From a virus (Duplodnaviria > Caudoviricetes): a DNA stretch of 36,471 nt. A program made the translations under genes and the position numbers. Positions 23,958 to 33,628 of this stretch are shown here, in pieces. Position 1 is the stretch's first letter. Each line of letters starts with the position of its first letter. The notes beneath the pieces were generated by a model that saw nothing but the letters and a program-made list of their open reading frames with translations, had not been told where the DNA came from and did no database searches. The stretch covers positions 1 through 36,471 of the IMG/VR virus record IMGVR_UViG_3300030330_001673; one strand, written 5' to 3'.

Positions 23958-25329
23958 CCATCTCTAAAAGAATATAATAAGGGTATCGGCTATCATAATC
24001 AGTACCAACAATCATTGTTGCACCACCAGCAAACGCTGACATATCTTGCATTGATGCACCACCTCTAAAGAAAGGGTCATCATCTGTGCTTATCGTAATT
24101 AAACTACTAGAGTTGTGGCTTGTAAATCCACCTGAAGCATCATAACTAAATATTTCTAACTTTTCATCACCATCTTGACCATGTGTAGCAAATCTATTTC
24201 TAGCATGACTGTATGCTATAGTTCCACCCTTACCACTTTGACTTATAGTGGTTCCATGACTAACTGCAATACCAGTTGTATCCCAATTTATACCACTACC
24301 AGTATTTTCAAATGCAAATAATTTTGGTGCAGTGCTAGATGAGTTTGTTGAACTTGCTACAATAAAATGGTCAGATAATGTATCATAAACCATCCAATGA
24401 CCACCATATCTACCACCTGCTGCACCATTTGTTGCGTTATGGTCACCAGAGCCATCACCTTGTAAAGAAAAACCTGAGTTGCTTGTAAGTTGTGTTTGGT
24501 TTGCTGCTGCTGGATTTCCAGAACTATTGGTAACCCTCAAAGCATATATACCAGTAGAACTACCATCTGCATCTGTGATTGCTACCCATTCAGTATTGTC
24601 AGGGTCGTAATGACATTTGATTGTAGGAAAACCTTGACCTGAACCACCAGTTGCCAGTCTTACATGGCTACTTTGCGTGATACTATTGTCGCTTGTGTCT
24701 ACAGTTAATATTACTCCGTTAGGGTGATGATTGCTTGCATTACCACCTATCGTGTCATTTGCATTATTCCATACAACTAAACATTTACCTGTGCTTTGGT
24801 CTACTGCTAATCCTTGTTGTAACAACCCTTGATTGTATCTGCTGTATGTACTGTAACCATTTTGTATAGTTAAAGTAGTTCCCCAAGATATTGATTTATC
24901 TGATGCAATAGTTCCACATCTTGCATATATTGTATTATCACCACCACCAATCCACGCAGTCCAAACTCTGTTGTTATACTTATCGTAATCACAAGAATTA
25001 CCAGAAAATGCGTTAGATGACTCTATAGTCTGAACTGAACCCCAGTCAACATTTTGGTTGCTAGAATTAAACGAACCAACAACTGCTCCACCACCACCAC
25101 CATTTCTAGGAAACTGCACATATACAAAGTTGTTATCTTCATCATAAGTCATATTGGAACCATAGTTACCTGCAACTGCTACTTGCGTATAAGATGTTAC
25201 TAATCCTATGTCTATTGTGCCAGTAAACTCTTGCCCATTTATATTTTTAATGTTGGCATCAGTAAGACCATTTATATTTTTAATATTTGCTATTGCTACA
25301 CCATTAAAACTTTTTACTTGATTAGCCAT
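23950..25329 (-). CDS. Putative receptor-binding/tail fibre protein with a beta-propeller-like head
   Basis: N-terminal IKNING repeats, then repeated YD.DN / W-G blades; rich in S, G and N. Confidence 0.65.
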   Translation of the reverse strand: MANQVKSFNGVAIANIKNINGLTDANIKNINGQEFTGTIDIGLVTSYTQVAVAGNYGSNMTYDEDNNFVYVQFPRNGGGGGAVVGSFNSSNQNVDWGSVQTIESSNAFSGNSCDYDKYNNRVWTAWIGGGDNTIYARCGTIASDKSISWGTTLTIQNGYSTYSRYNQGLLQQGLAVDQSTGKCLVVWNNANDTIGGNASNHHPNGVILTVDTSDNSITQSSHVRLATGGSGQGFPTIKCHYDPDNTEWVAITDADGSSTGIYALRVTNSSGNPAAANQTQLTSNSGFSLQGDGSGDHNATNGAAGGRYGGHWMVYDTLSDHFIVASSTNSSSTAPKLFAFENTGSGINWDTTGIAVSHGTTISQSGKGGTIAYSHARNRFATHGQDGDEKLEIFSYDASGGFTSHNSSSLITISTDDDPFFRGGASMQDMSAFAGGATMIVGTDYDSRYPYYILLEMGG

Positions 25330-27443
25330 TAATCCCTTTCTATAACATCCAAGCTAGGGCTAAAGTAAAGTGTATCTGCTGATAAAGCTATACCTACTTT
25401 TTGAATAAAATGTCCATCAGTTGTTGATGGTGATTGTGTAAAATTACCTTCTCCACTATGGTCTGCAAATACTGCTTCTCCAATATTACTTGAAAAGTCA
25501 AACTGGTCTACATCTTTATAAAATCCTTGTAATAAAACTTTTATGTCTGCATCACTTCCAGAGCTGTTTGCTTCAAGAGCTATACCTATTGCTGGCATAT
25601 CAGCACTAGCATCTGCGTGTGCTTGGTCAATTTTACCATTACCATCAATGTGAACTAACTCACCAACAGATACTCCAGTCAATGCAGTCATAGTTGCTAC
25701 CATACCTGTTGCTGTATCATCTGTAATTGAAGCATCTTTACCTACAAATACTGCTTGTGTTAGGGCAGTAAGGTTATCTATCTCACCTTCCATGTAAGTA
25801 GCAAGTGTCTGAACTTTAGTTTGTTTCATTGTGCCGCCATCGTTGGTAACAATACCATCATCATCTGCAATGGCATCTGTTCCTACTGTAGTATTACCAT
25901 CCATAATATTAAGTTCTGTTGCAGTAGCATCTACTGCTGCTAACTTAGTAAAATCAGCTTTTACCAATCCTGACACATTATCTAGTAAATTAAGTTCTGT
26001 AGCAGTCGCTGTAAGAGTTACATCTTCGTTTATTTTTGGTGATGTAAGTCTTTTGTTAGTTAGTGTCTGCGTTGTGTCATCACCAACTAAATTGGTAGCA
26101 GCAGCAGGTAATACTACTGTTACATTGCCAGAATAAGCAGAATGTGGTGATGCTTGTAATTGCGTGTAGTGTGCGTTTGATGATTCACAGTAAAATCTTA
26201 CATAAGATTCTGCGCCACCATTTTTAATCGATATTGCACCTGATTCTATGTCTACACCATTTGTACCATCAATTCTTACTACACCTGTACCATGTGGTGT
26301 AAGTGCTATGTTTCTATTACTAGCACCTGTTACTATTGCTCTTTCTAGTACATCTAAATCTCCACCAAGTTCTGGTGATGTATCATCTACTACGTCTGTC
26401 ATAGTTCCTGATGCAAGACCAGATACAAGTGTTGACCTTGTAACTTTTTTTAAAGCGCCATCAGTATCGTCTATTGCTAACAAAGTATCAGCTGCTCCTA
26501 TTGACGATATTGCAGATAAACTTGTAATTGATGTTGGGTTAAAGTTTGTACCATCTGCTATTAACAACATACCTGCTGTGTTAGTACCCATAAATAAATC
26601 ATCACCAGTAATTGTCAAATCGCCACCAACTGTTAGATTTCCTGCTGTAGTAACTAAACCTGCAAAAGCTACAGTGGAGCTGGTTACAGTAGAGTTTGGT
26701 GTCAATGTCATGTGCGCTACTGCTGAACCACTAATTTCACTATTTATAGTTAGTGTTCCACCATCAGCTACACTAACCTGCCATTTATCAGCATTGTCAT
26801 CGCCTTGATCTGCTTGTAATTTAAGAACAGCAGGAGAGCCATCATCTTCCGATTTAATAGTAAAACTATCTGTGGCCATACTTACTGTGCTTGTTGTTAT
26901 ATCAAATGCAGTACCACCACCTATAGCAGAACTCATTACAAATACTTCTGTTAGACTTCCACCACTCATCACAGAGTACCTTAATTCACCATCTTCTGAA
27001 CCATTTGATACATCGTTAGCTTCGGCAGTTATCCTAGCAAATTCTGTTGAATTACCACCATCGTCATTTAATTTAAAAGATACGTAAATTTCATCACCAT
27101 CTGCTCTTGTAGAATTGTTACCACGTAGTTCTAATACTGCGTTTGATGCGTTATTAGTAGCGTTTTCTACTCTTAATGGGTATGTTGAATTGCTTTCACT
27201 GCTAATAAACTCACCCATAGTAGCTTGTACTTCTTGGTCACCTTTAATAAACCTGACTGACGAACCAAAAGTTAATTTAACATCATAAGCTGCTGCTGGT
27301 TGGCCACTAAAACTCCATTTACCATCTGAGTTTGTACTGGTAGATGCAACCTGTGTACTGGTGTTTTTAGTCAAAAGTTGTACAGTAGCGCTTGGTATTG
27401 CTGCGCCTGTATTGTCAAATAAATATCCTGTTAATTCAGACAT
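25329..27443 (-). CDS. Tail fibre protein
   Basis: N-terminal Ig-like segment (GAAIPSATVQL...TNSDGKWSF), DTSPELGGDLD, TQTLTNK and duplicated ATATELN motifs typical of fibres. Confidence 0.78.
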   Translation of the reverse strand: MSELTGYLFDNTGAAIPSATVQLLTKNTSTQVASTSTNSDGKWSFSGQPAAAYDVKLTFGSSVRFIKGDQEVQATMGEFISSESNSTYPLRVENATNNASNAVLELRGNNSTRADGDEIYVSFKLNDDGGNSTEFARITAEANDVSNGSEDGELRYSVMSGGSLTEVFVMSSAIGGGTAFDITTSTVSMATDSFTIKSEDDGSPAVLKLQADQGDDNADKWQVSVADGGTLTINSEISGSAVAHMTLTPNSTVTSSTVAFAGLVTTAGNLTVGGDLTITGDDLFMGTNTAGMLLIADGTNFNPTSITSLSAISSIGAADTLLAIDDTDGALKKVTRSTLVSGLASGTMTDVVDDTSPELGGDLDVLERAIVTGASNRNIALTPHGTGVVRIDGTNGVDIESGAISIKNGGAESYVRFYCESSNAHYTQLQASPHSAYSGNVTVVLPAAATNLVGDDTTQTLTNKRLTSPKINEDVTLTATATELNLLDNVSGLVKADFTKLAAVDATATELNIMDGNTTVGTDAIADDDGIVTNDGGTMKQTKVQTLATYMEGEIDNLTALTQAVFVGKDASITDDTATGMVATMTALTGVSVGELVHIDGNGKIDQAHADASADMPAIGIALEANSSGSDADIKVLLQGFYKDVDQFDFSSNIGEAVFADHSGEGNFTQSPSTTDGHFIQKVGIALSADTLYFSPSLDVIERD

Positions 27444-27868
27444 TACCCTGCTCCTATTCTAGAGTGATCTCTATAATTTAACGCTTCTCTTATAAAATAT
27501 TCTGGATTTGACTCTAAGTCAATGTCATCCACAAATATTAAGGTTACACCTTGTGAAGCTAATTGTTCTCTAGCAATTAAGTCTCTTGCTATATTAACTG
27601 AACCTTGTTCATAATGATAGTATACACCTTGCACGTTAATTGCTAAATCAGGCGGATCAATAAATGCAAAGTCTATTACTAATCCACCCCTGTCAAGCCT
27701 GCCGCCAAACTGTCTTGACTGGTAAATAAAATCTGTTACTGGGCTTTTTCCTAGCCTTAGCAAAGTAACGAAGGTAATATATTCTGGGTAAGAACCCGGA
27801 AAATCTGCTGGCGGTTGTAATACTTGTCTTTCACGTGGTTGTGCTATGTCAAAGTCTCTAGTAGTCAT
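27443..27868 (-). CDS. Vsr/DUF559-like endonuclease-fold protein
   Basis: SYPE...VIDFAF...LAINVQGVYYH...D...L..QG..LIFV pattern. Confidence 0.7.
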   Translation of the reverse strand: MTTRDFDIAQPRERQVLQPPADFPGSYPEYITFVTLLRLGKSPVTDFIYQSRQFGGRLDRGGLVIDFAFIDPPDLAINVQGVYYHYEQGSVNIARDLIAREQLASQGVTLIFVDDIDLESNPEYFIREALNYRDHSRIGAG

Positions 27869-29803
27869 TTATACCTGCAACAATGTTATATTTTTAGTAA
27901 ACCTTTCGTCTGTGCCTGTAAGTTCTAAACCAGATACTTGTGCTACATCAACATAATAAGTTTGTGATGTGTTGTTATCTTTGTAAGTAAACTCTACCAA
28001 TTCATTAGAATTTATAGCTGTTGTTAAATTATTTTGTAGTTCTGCGGCTGTTTTACCCTTGTATGTTTTCCTGCCTTTTGGCATCATCAAGTTTACTGTT
28101 ACTTGGAAACCAAACTTAGGCTCTAGTTTTCTTCTAAAACTAAACTCCATTCTTGTTATTGCAGGGCTTACAGTTTTAGTAGTACCACGTGCATAATCCA
28201 TCTTAAACCTTATTGATTTAAATGTTTTACCTACAGGGTCATTGTTAGAATCAAAAAAGTCTAATTCTGTTACACCATCAGAAGTAATAGCAATATTGCT
28301 GCCTGATGAGTCTGTAAACCTAGTGTAGCTTATTGTTCCGTCAGTCTGTGTAGCATCATCAATAGAAAAAAATGGTGTTATTGTCTCTGTAGATGTGCAA
28401 CCTTGGGTTTCTATTTTTAATTTAATTGCTAACTTGTCAGACGTAATATCGTCAGCATCAAAGTTAGGAAGTTGTATACTACCAGTTTCTGCAAACTCAA
28501 ATGATGTTGTTTGGTCAGGGTTAATAATATCTTTACTTAAAGTTTGGTAGTACAGTTTGTTACCGGCAGAAAACCATAACCTGTACTCCGGGTCATTGTC
28601 GCTTGACCTTAATGCTGTAGAAACAAAAGCTTCTGTAACAACTTCTTCTGATGACGTTCCAGACCACAAGACTTGATAGCCTAGCTCATTAAAAGCTAAA
28701 ACTGTACTTGTGCCAGTATTGTCTATTACATCTGACCCTAAAAATCCACCATCAGAACCATTTGCACCACCGGCAAACAGCAACCCTTCGCTACCTGACG
28801 TGCCGTCACATAAAGCAATTAAGTCGTTGTGTGTACCAACTAGCTTCCTAATGTTGCCACGTTTTTCTATTGGTAGCCCATGGTCTCTGTCAGGGCCCAC
28901 CACTGTAAGTGTACTTGTATCGGCAACTTTGTACTTGTATACACCTAGTCCTACAGGAAAATATATTGCATCACGCCATTTAACTGTACCTTGTCCGCCT
29001 AATGGATGAAACGGAAATGTTACTTCGCTTTCTAAAAATTTAGTGTTTGTATTGTCGTGTACAAATAGTCCTTGTTTAGTATTTGCATACAGTATAGGGT
29101 TACCTGCTACATCCCTTCCTACAAACAAGTCAGTTACACTGTCATCTGGCAAGTTTAATTGTGCATCATTTGTCCATGAAGTTCCGTTAGATGAATATGC
29201 AAGCAATCCTGCTTCAGAAATACCATACAGTCTGTCGTTCCATACTGCTAAAAACTTAGGTGTAAAAGCATCTGAGTTAGTTGTAGATGTTCCATTGCTT
29301 GAAAATGAGTACCCGTCAGTATTGGCTGCCCAAAAAATAAATAGTGTACCACTAATTCTAAAAGTTGTTACATCAGTTGGCGAACCTGCCAATGTAGAAA
29401 TACTACTATAGTTTAAACCAGCTTGTAATTCATAAAGGGATGAGCCAAATGTTACAAATAGTTGGTTGTTGTAATCGTGTATTGTTGTAATATTTGCAGT
29501 GCCAGAAGGCGCATCTAACTCATTGCTAAGTGGCCCTAGTATTAGATGATCTTTAAATCTTAATGTTAAATCACTAAACCAACACCTGTCAGATGTGCTA
29601 CTATCAATACCTCTTTCTATGCCAATACCACCTCTAAAGTCATCAAATGCTATTGTAGAAACGTGTTGCTGTGCTTGTGGGCTTGTATCACCTACAGTAA
29701 TCTTTGGCGCAAACAATGATGTTAAAACTTTTCTTGGTGGTTGACTGATTGGGTATCTTACATTGTTTAGCAGTATTTCATTTTTATCTACTACCGATGC
29801 CAT
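27869..29803 (-). CDS. Tail nozzle / head-closure protein (beta-propeller; P22 gp10 / T7 gp12-like)
   Basis: 644 aa with an early DDFRGGIG and repeated propeller blades (YNNQLFV, WNDRLYG, WRDAIYF); follows the adaptor gene. Confidence 0.68.
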   Translation of the reverse strand: MASVVDKNEILLNNVRYPISQPPRKVLTSLFAPKITVGDTSPQAQQHVSTIAFDDFRGGIGIERGIDSSTSDRCWFSDLTLRFKDHLILGPLSNELDAPSGTANITTIHDYNNQLFVTFGSSLYELQAGLNYSSISTLAGSPTDVTTFRISGTLFIFWAANTDGYSFSSNGTSTTNSDAFTPKFLAVWNDRLYGISEAGLLAYSSNGTSWTNDAQLNLPDDSVTDLFVGRDVAGNPILYANTKQGLFVHDNTNTKFLESEVTFPFHPLGGQGTVKWRDAIYFPVGLGVYKYKVADTSTLTVVGPDRDHGLPIEKRGNIRKLVGTHNDLIALCDGTSGSEGLLFAGGANGSDGGFLGSDVIDNTGTSTVLAFNELGYQVLWSGTSSEEVVTEAFVSTALRSSDNDPEYRLWFSAGNKLYYQTLSKDIINPDQTTSFEFAETGSIQLPNFDADDITSDKLAIKLKIETQGCTSTETITPFFSIDDATQTDGTISYTRFTDSSGSNIAITSDGVTELDFFDSNNDPVGKTFKSIRFKMDYARGTTKTVSPAITRMEFSFRRKLEPKFGFQVTVNLMMPKGRKTYKGKTAAELQNNLTTAINSNELVEFTYKDNNTSQTYYVDVAQVSGLELTGTDERFTKNITLLQV

Positions 29804-31098
29804 TATTTTGTTTCAACTCCATAATAAGTTGGTTCTCTTGACATTCTGTCAGCTGCTAATAATCTATATTGATTTGCAAGTGTTCTAGACTCATCAACAT
29901 CAGTAAGCCTACCACCTGACATAGCTTGCAATAATCTTGCAGCAGCTAAAAACTCTACAGTAGTTGCATCTATTTCACACGTTGCACTATCAGTAGTAAG
30001 TTTTGCAGGCGTATCAAACCCAACAAGTTTAATTTTTTGATTAGATATTTTTGCTCTACCTTCTGGTGAAAAGTTAAGTGTTTGATCTTCCCTGTTTACA
30101 CGCCACAACCAGCCGGGCCTTCCCATATCTTCAAACTCTTCTGTGTTTGATGCTATAGCCTGTATTTGGTTTACCCATATCTCAGCACTATCTAGCTCTG
30201 TAGCGTGGTTAGAAACGAATTGTAAAGACTTTATAGCGGTATCAAGCCAAGGATTAGTAAGAGTTATGTTACACCTTGTCCATGTATTTGCAGATAATGC
30301 AGGCAAAGACAATGTTTCTCTTGTTGTGCCTGTGTTGTCTGTTTCTCTAAGTTCTAACTCTAAACTACCAGATGACAGTGCGGTAGAACTTTTTACCCAA
30401 AACTCAATTTTATCAGTGTGACTAATATCAACTGCACCCGATAAATTTTTGTATGCTAAAACTGTACCATCTGCAATACTAGAGCTAGAGTTTAGTAAAT
30501 TTAGTGATGCACCACCCTGCCTAAATTCGTTTGTATCTTTTGATACAGTAGTTAAAGCAGGACCCGAAGTACCAGCCACCCAATCGTCAGAGTTAGCATG
30601 ATTTAACAATTTGTGTGTAACTTTATTTCTAACTTTTACGTTACTTAATATTTTTATATTGTTTGGTATTGTGTAAGTTCTTTCTTTATTTGTGCCAAAC
30701 AATGATTCGTCTTGGTCAGGCACCAAAAATGTTTGCGACAGTTCTTCTATTGCATCGTTAATTAAAGTATTTACACGCTCAGGTGGCATGCGTTCATCCC
30801 AAAGCTCATAAGTATCTGAAGTGGTTGGGGTAAAAGATAAAGCAGTTTGAAGCGCCAAAGTTGTACTACTAGAAGTATAGTCTGTTACTCGCCTGTATTC
30901 TGCATCTGCCGTACCAGCATCACTAATAGCTATAAACCTGCCATTGTATTCGTCATCACCGCCAGTCAACCCATTGCTATCTATAACTTGTGCTGATGTT
31001 CCTGTGCCGTTTACAGTACCAGTAACCATTGCACCTGTCATTTCACCTATTGACTGACGTATTTGTTTTCTTGTTTTGCTGTTAGTGTTTATTGGCAT
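29803..31098 (-). CDS. Head-tail adaptor protein with an inserted carbohydrate-binding-like domain
   Basis: TRKQIRQSI...VNTLINDAIEEL...YTIP adaptor pattern and C-terminal helices; central DISHTDKIEFWVKS...ANTWTR insert. Confidence 0.65.
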   Translation of the reverse strand: MPINTNSKTRKQIRQSIGEMTGAMVTGTVNGTGTSAQVIDSNGLTGGDDEYNGRFIAISDAGTADAEYRRVTDYTSSSTTLALQTALSFTPTTSDTYELWDERMPPERVNTLINDAIEELSQTFLVPDQDESLFGTNKERTYTIPNNIKILSNVKVRNKVTHKLLNHANSDDWVAGTSGPALTTVSKDTNEFRQGGASLNLLNSSSSIADGTVLAYKNLSGAVDISHTDKIEFWVKSSTALSSGSLELELRETDNTGTTRETLSLPALSANTWTRCNITLTNPWLDTAIKSLQFVSNHATELDSAEIWVNQIQAIASNTEEFEDMGRPGWLWRVNREDQTLNFSPEGRAKISNQKIKLVGFDTPAKLTTDSATCEIDATTVEFLAAARLLQAMSGGRLTDVDESRTLANQYRLLAADRMSREPTYYGVETK

Positions 31099-31454
31099 CA
31101 GTAATATAATTTATTGTTTGTACTTTCCATGATTTTACGCTTTTCTTTTATGTACTCACGTATGGCAGCACCCACTTTTTTCTTTTCTTCTAAAGTTACC
31201 GGTGCTTTTTTGCCTTGTTTTTTCTGAGCCTTTTCACGAACTTGAACCATCCAGTTCTCAACAGCTTGCCCAATAATATCTTCTAGCCTTGCTTGTTCTA
31301 TATCTGTTTCGGCAACAACAACAACTTTACCAGTTTTACCTGTTACATGGTCAACGGCTTGCACTACATGAGTTGTAGTTGTGTCGCCATCTTTTAATGT
31401 TCCTGAGCGGAAAGATACGTCATGTGTAGCTGAAGGTGGTGTCCAAATGTCCAT
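31098..31454 (-). CDS. Hypothetical protein (118 aa)
   Basis: ORF with AAGGAG RBS in the head-tail gene block. Confidence 0.7.
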   Translation of the reverse strand: MDIWTPPSATHDVSFRSGTLKDGDTTTTHVVQAVDHVTGKTGKVVVVAETDIEQARLEDIIGQAVENWMVQVREKAQKKQGKKAPVTLEEKKKVGAAIREYIKEKRKIMESTNNKLYY

Positions 31455-31543
31455 AATGCTCCTTTATGTAGCGGACCGGATTGTAACTTTATTTTGTCTT
31501 GAAGGTCAAAAATGAAACTGGCCCGCTACAAATATTCAATTAT

Positions 31544-32314
31544 TTATGATCTGATACTTAACATTACCAAACCTTTGTCACCAGAAACTGATGCTACTCC
31601 CATAGCTGTTCCTATTGGCATAAGGTCGGTTGCGCCAGAACTATCACAAAGTGTAGCTGTACCACTCTGTCCTGATACTTGGGAAACTTCAATAGAGTCA
31701 CCAAGTGTTAGGGCAGTTGTACCACTAACTGCAACAGAAGATAGCCCAGACGATTGTATCCAGCAGTAGTAACTAGCTGTCACAGGTATGGTTGTTACTC
31801 CAAGCGGACCTGTAGTTTGCGTACCATCACCATCAATAAGTTTTACATCTGTGTAAGGATTGTAAACTAATTGTGCTTCAGTATCAGTTGTTATTGCTGT
31901 TCTAAGCCCGTCAGGCTCGTCTAATGTAATTAACACTGTAGCATCTTCTGAAGCATCATGTGCAGGGTGAGATTTTATTCTATATATTTCACCTTCACCG
32001 GCTTCATCGTTAAATACTAAGTATCCATCTGCGTATTGGTTTTTAGTTAAGTCTGTTGTAGGAACTTCTAAACTTACTTCGGTAGTACCAACTGCTTGTG
32101 CAGCTGTAGGCGGTACATCCATGTCGTGTGCTGCTACTAATGCAGAACCATCTACTATCATTCCTGCTGTTGATATTGCAGCAGAACTATTTTTTGCGTA
32201 CCAGAATACTCTACCATCAGGTAGAACACCTCTTGTACCTAGTTTGTGTTTTTGAGAAGCTGATTCCACCTTCTCCATGCCATAAGCCAAATTTACTGTT
32301 AATGGAAATGCCAT
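31544..32314 (-). CDS. Capsid decoration/cement-like structural protein
   Basis: KHKLGTR...DGRVFWYAK and YYCWIQ motifs; located downstream of the major capsid gene. Confidence 0.65.
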   Translation of the reverse strand: MAFPLTVNLAYGMEKVESASQKHKLGTRGVLPDGRVFWYAKNSSAAISTAGMIVDGSALVAAHDMDVPPTAAQAVGTTEVSLEVPTTDLTKNQYADGYLVFNDEAGEGEIYRIKSHPAHDASEDATVLITLDEPDGLRTAITTDTEAQLVYNPYTDVKLIDGDGTQTTGPLGVTTIPVTASYYCWIQSSGLSSVAVSGTTALTLGDSIEVSQVSGQSGTATLCDSSGATDLMPIGTAMGVASVSGDKGLVMLSIRS

Positions 32315-32406
32315 ATTAAACCCCCTTTTAGGTTATCTTAAACAGGCTCAAAGTCCTGCGATCAGTCGAAAAGATTATTCTGGGCTCGTCTGATCTTTAC
32401 ACCCAG

Positions 32407-32736
32407 TTATTCAGTTTTACTTGAGACGAACTTCCCAGATTTATCTCTAGGAAGTTCATTCTCTTTTGATTCTAGTTGACAGTGCTTACAAACACAAGTC
32501 TCAGATGGTGGAAAAGAAAGTGCTCCACGCCTACCTAAATTAGCTAAAGTTGCAGGATCACCGGGCTGGTTTCTCAAAACAGAGCCTTTTGGCTTTATTA
32601 TGTCTCCACCAGTTGCGCTAATCACATCTTTATGCCAGTACAGGTCAACTTTGGGTTGCCAAGAATCTAACATTTCTTGTTTGTAACCAATGTCTTTTAA
32701 TTCTTCCTGTAGCTTTTTTCTTTCCAAGTAATCCAT
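32407..32736 (-). CDS. Hypothetical head-associated protein (109 aa)
   Basis: Follows the capsid gene; CVCKHC and a C-terminal PRDKSGKF motif. Confidence 0.65.
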   Translation of the reverse strand: MDYLERKKLQEELKDIGYKQEMLDSWQPKVDLYWHKDVISATGGDIIKPKGSVLRNQPGDPATLANLGRRGALSFPPSETCVCKHCQLESKENELPRDKSGKFVSSKTE

Positions 32737-32745
32737 CTATTCTCC

Positions 32746-33609
32746 TTATGTAGTCAAGTCTGCAATGTCGTACGTAGCACCTGCTCCTTTAGAGTCATCA
32801 AGTTCAAACACACCATAATCTGATGTCATAACAACTTCAGTAGCTCTTAGTGAAGCATCCCTTTGTCGTTCAACATTTTGTTCTACTGATTCTAAGTAAG
32901 CTATTGCTTCCCTAGCACCAATAAATCCAGTTGCATCGTTTGTTGCGTTGATGTTTTCTGCAAGGTTACCATCTTCAAACACAGGAACTCCGTTAAGTGG
33001 TTTAATACCACTGTAGAAGTTTCCTAGAAATTCTTGTGAGTAACCCTGTGGAATAGGTTGTCCACCAGCTAGTGCACTAATGCTTGATGCAGCAAGAGTG
33101 TAAATAGCGTTAGGGTGGTGTATGAAGTAAAGTTCGTTACCAAACTTGTTTGCTTTAGCGTTAGCGATACATGCACCTAACAAAGATATTGTTAGTGCTT
33201 TGTTACCACCAAATTGGTTTGAGAACCCAGAGTACAAGTCGTGCACATCTGTGTCCTTTTTCCTAGCCATAGCATCCCCCATTTGTCTACCGACAATTGT
33301 AAAGACGTTATCGTTTTGTTGTCTTAGTAATTTATCAGTGATGATAATCTTAGCTCCTACTTCTGATGCTGTAAGATCAGTAGTAGTCATTCCGATTTCT
33401 TCTTCATCGACAATGTCTTGACCATCTGTTAGATCGGACATTGACATTGTGCTTACTTTAGGCACAGTCACCTGCTTTGCACCTTGTGAAAGATTAAACT
33501 TTTCAACAAGTTGAACAGCTGGCGCATTGTGCTCTTCAGTAAATCTAGCTGCTGCTAGAATAATATTCTGGGCATTTTCTAAGTTCCCAGTAGTATTAGT
33601 TTGTGCCAT
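32746..33609 (-). CDS. Major capsid protein (HK97 fold)
   Basis: 287 aa after the scaffold; VTVPK, MARKKDTD, HPNA and RDASLRATEVV...YGVFEL motifs. Confidence 0.88.
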   Translation of the reverse strand: MAQTNTTGNLENAQNIILAAARFTEEHNAPAVQLVEKFNLSQGAKQVTVPKVSTMSMSDLTDGQDIVDEEEIGMTTTDLTASEVGAKIIITDKLLRQQNDNVFTIVGRQMGDAMARKKDTDVHDLYSGFSNQFGGNKALTISLLGACIANAKANKFGNELYFIHHPNAIYTLAASSISALAGGQPIPQGYSQEFLGNFYSGIKPLNGVPVFEDGNLAENINATNDATGFIGAREAIAYLESVEQNVERQRDASLRATEVVMTSDYGVFELDDSKGAGATYDIADLTT

Positions 33610-33628
33610 TTTGCTCCTTAATCGGAGT

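Noticed and set aside
25900-26010. Duplicated ATATELN segments in the tail fibre as a diversity-generating retroelement repeat pair
   Set aside because: These are ordinary fibre repeats, no reverse transcriptase is encoded, and no adenine-specific mismatch pattern was seen.
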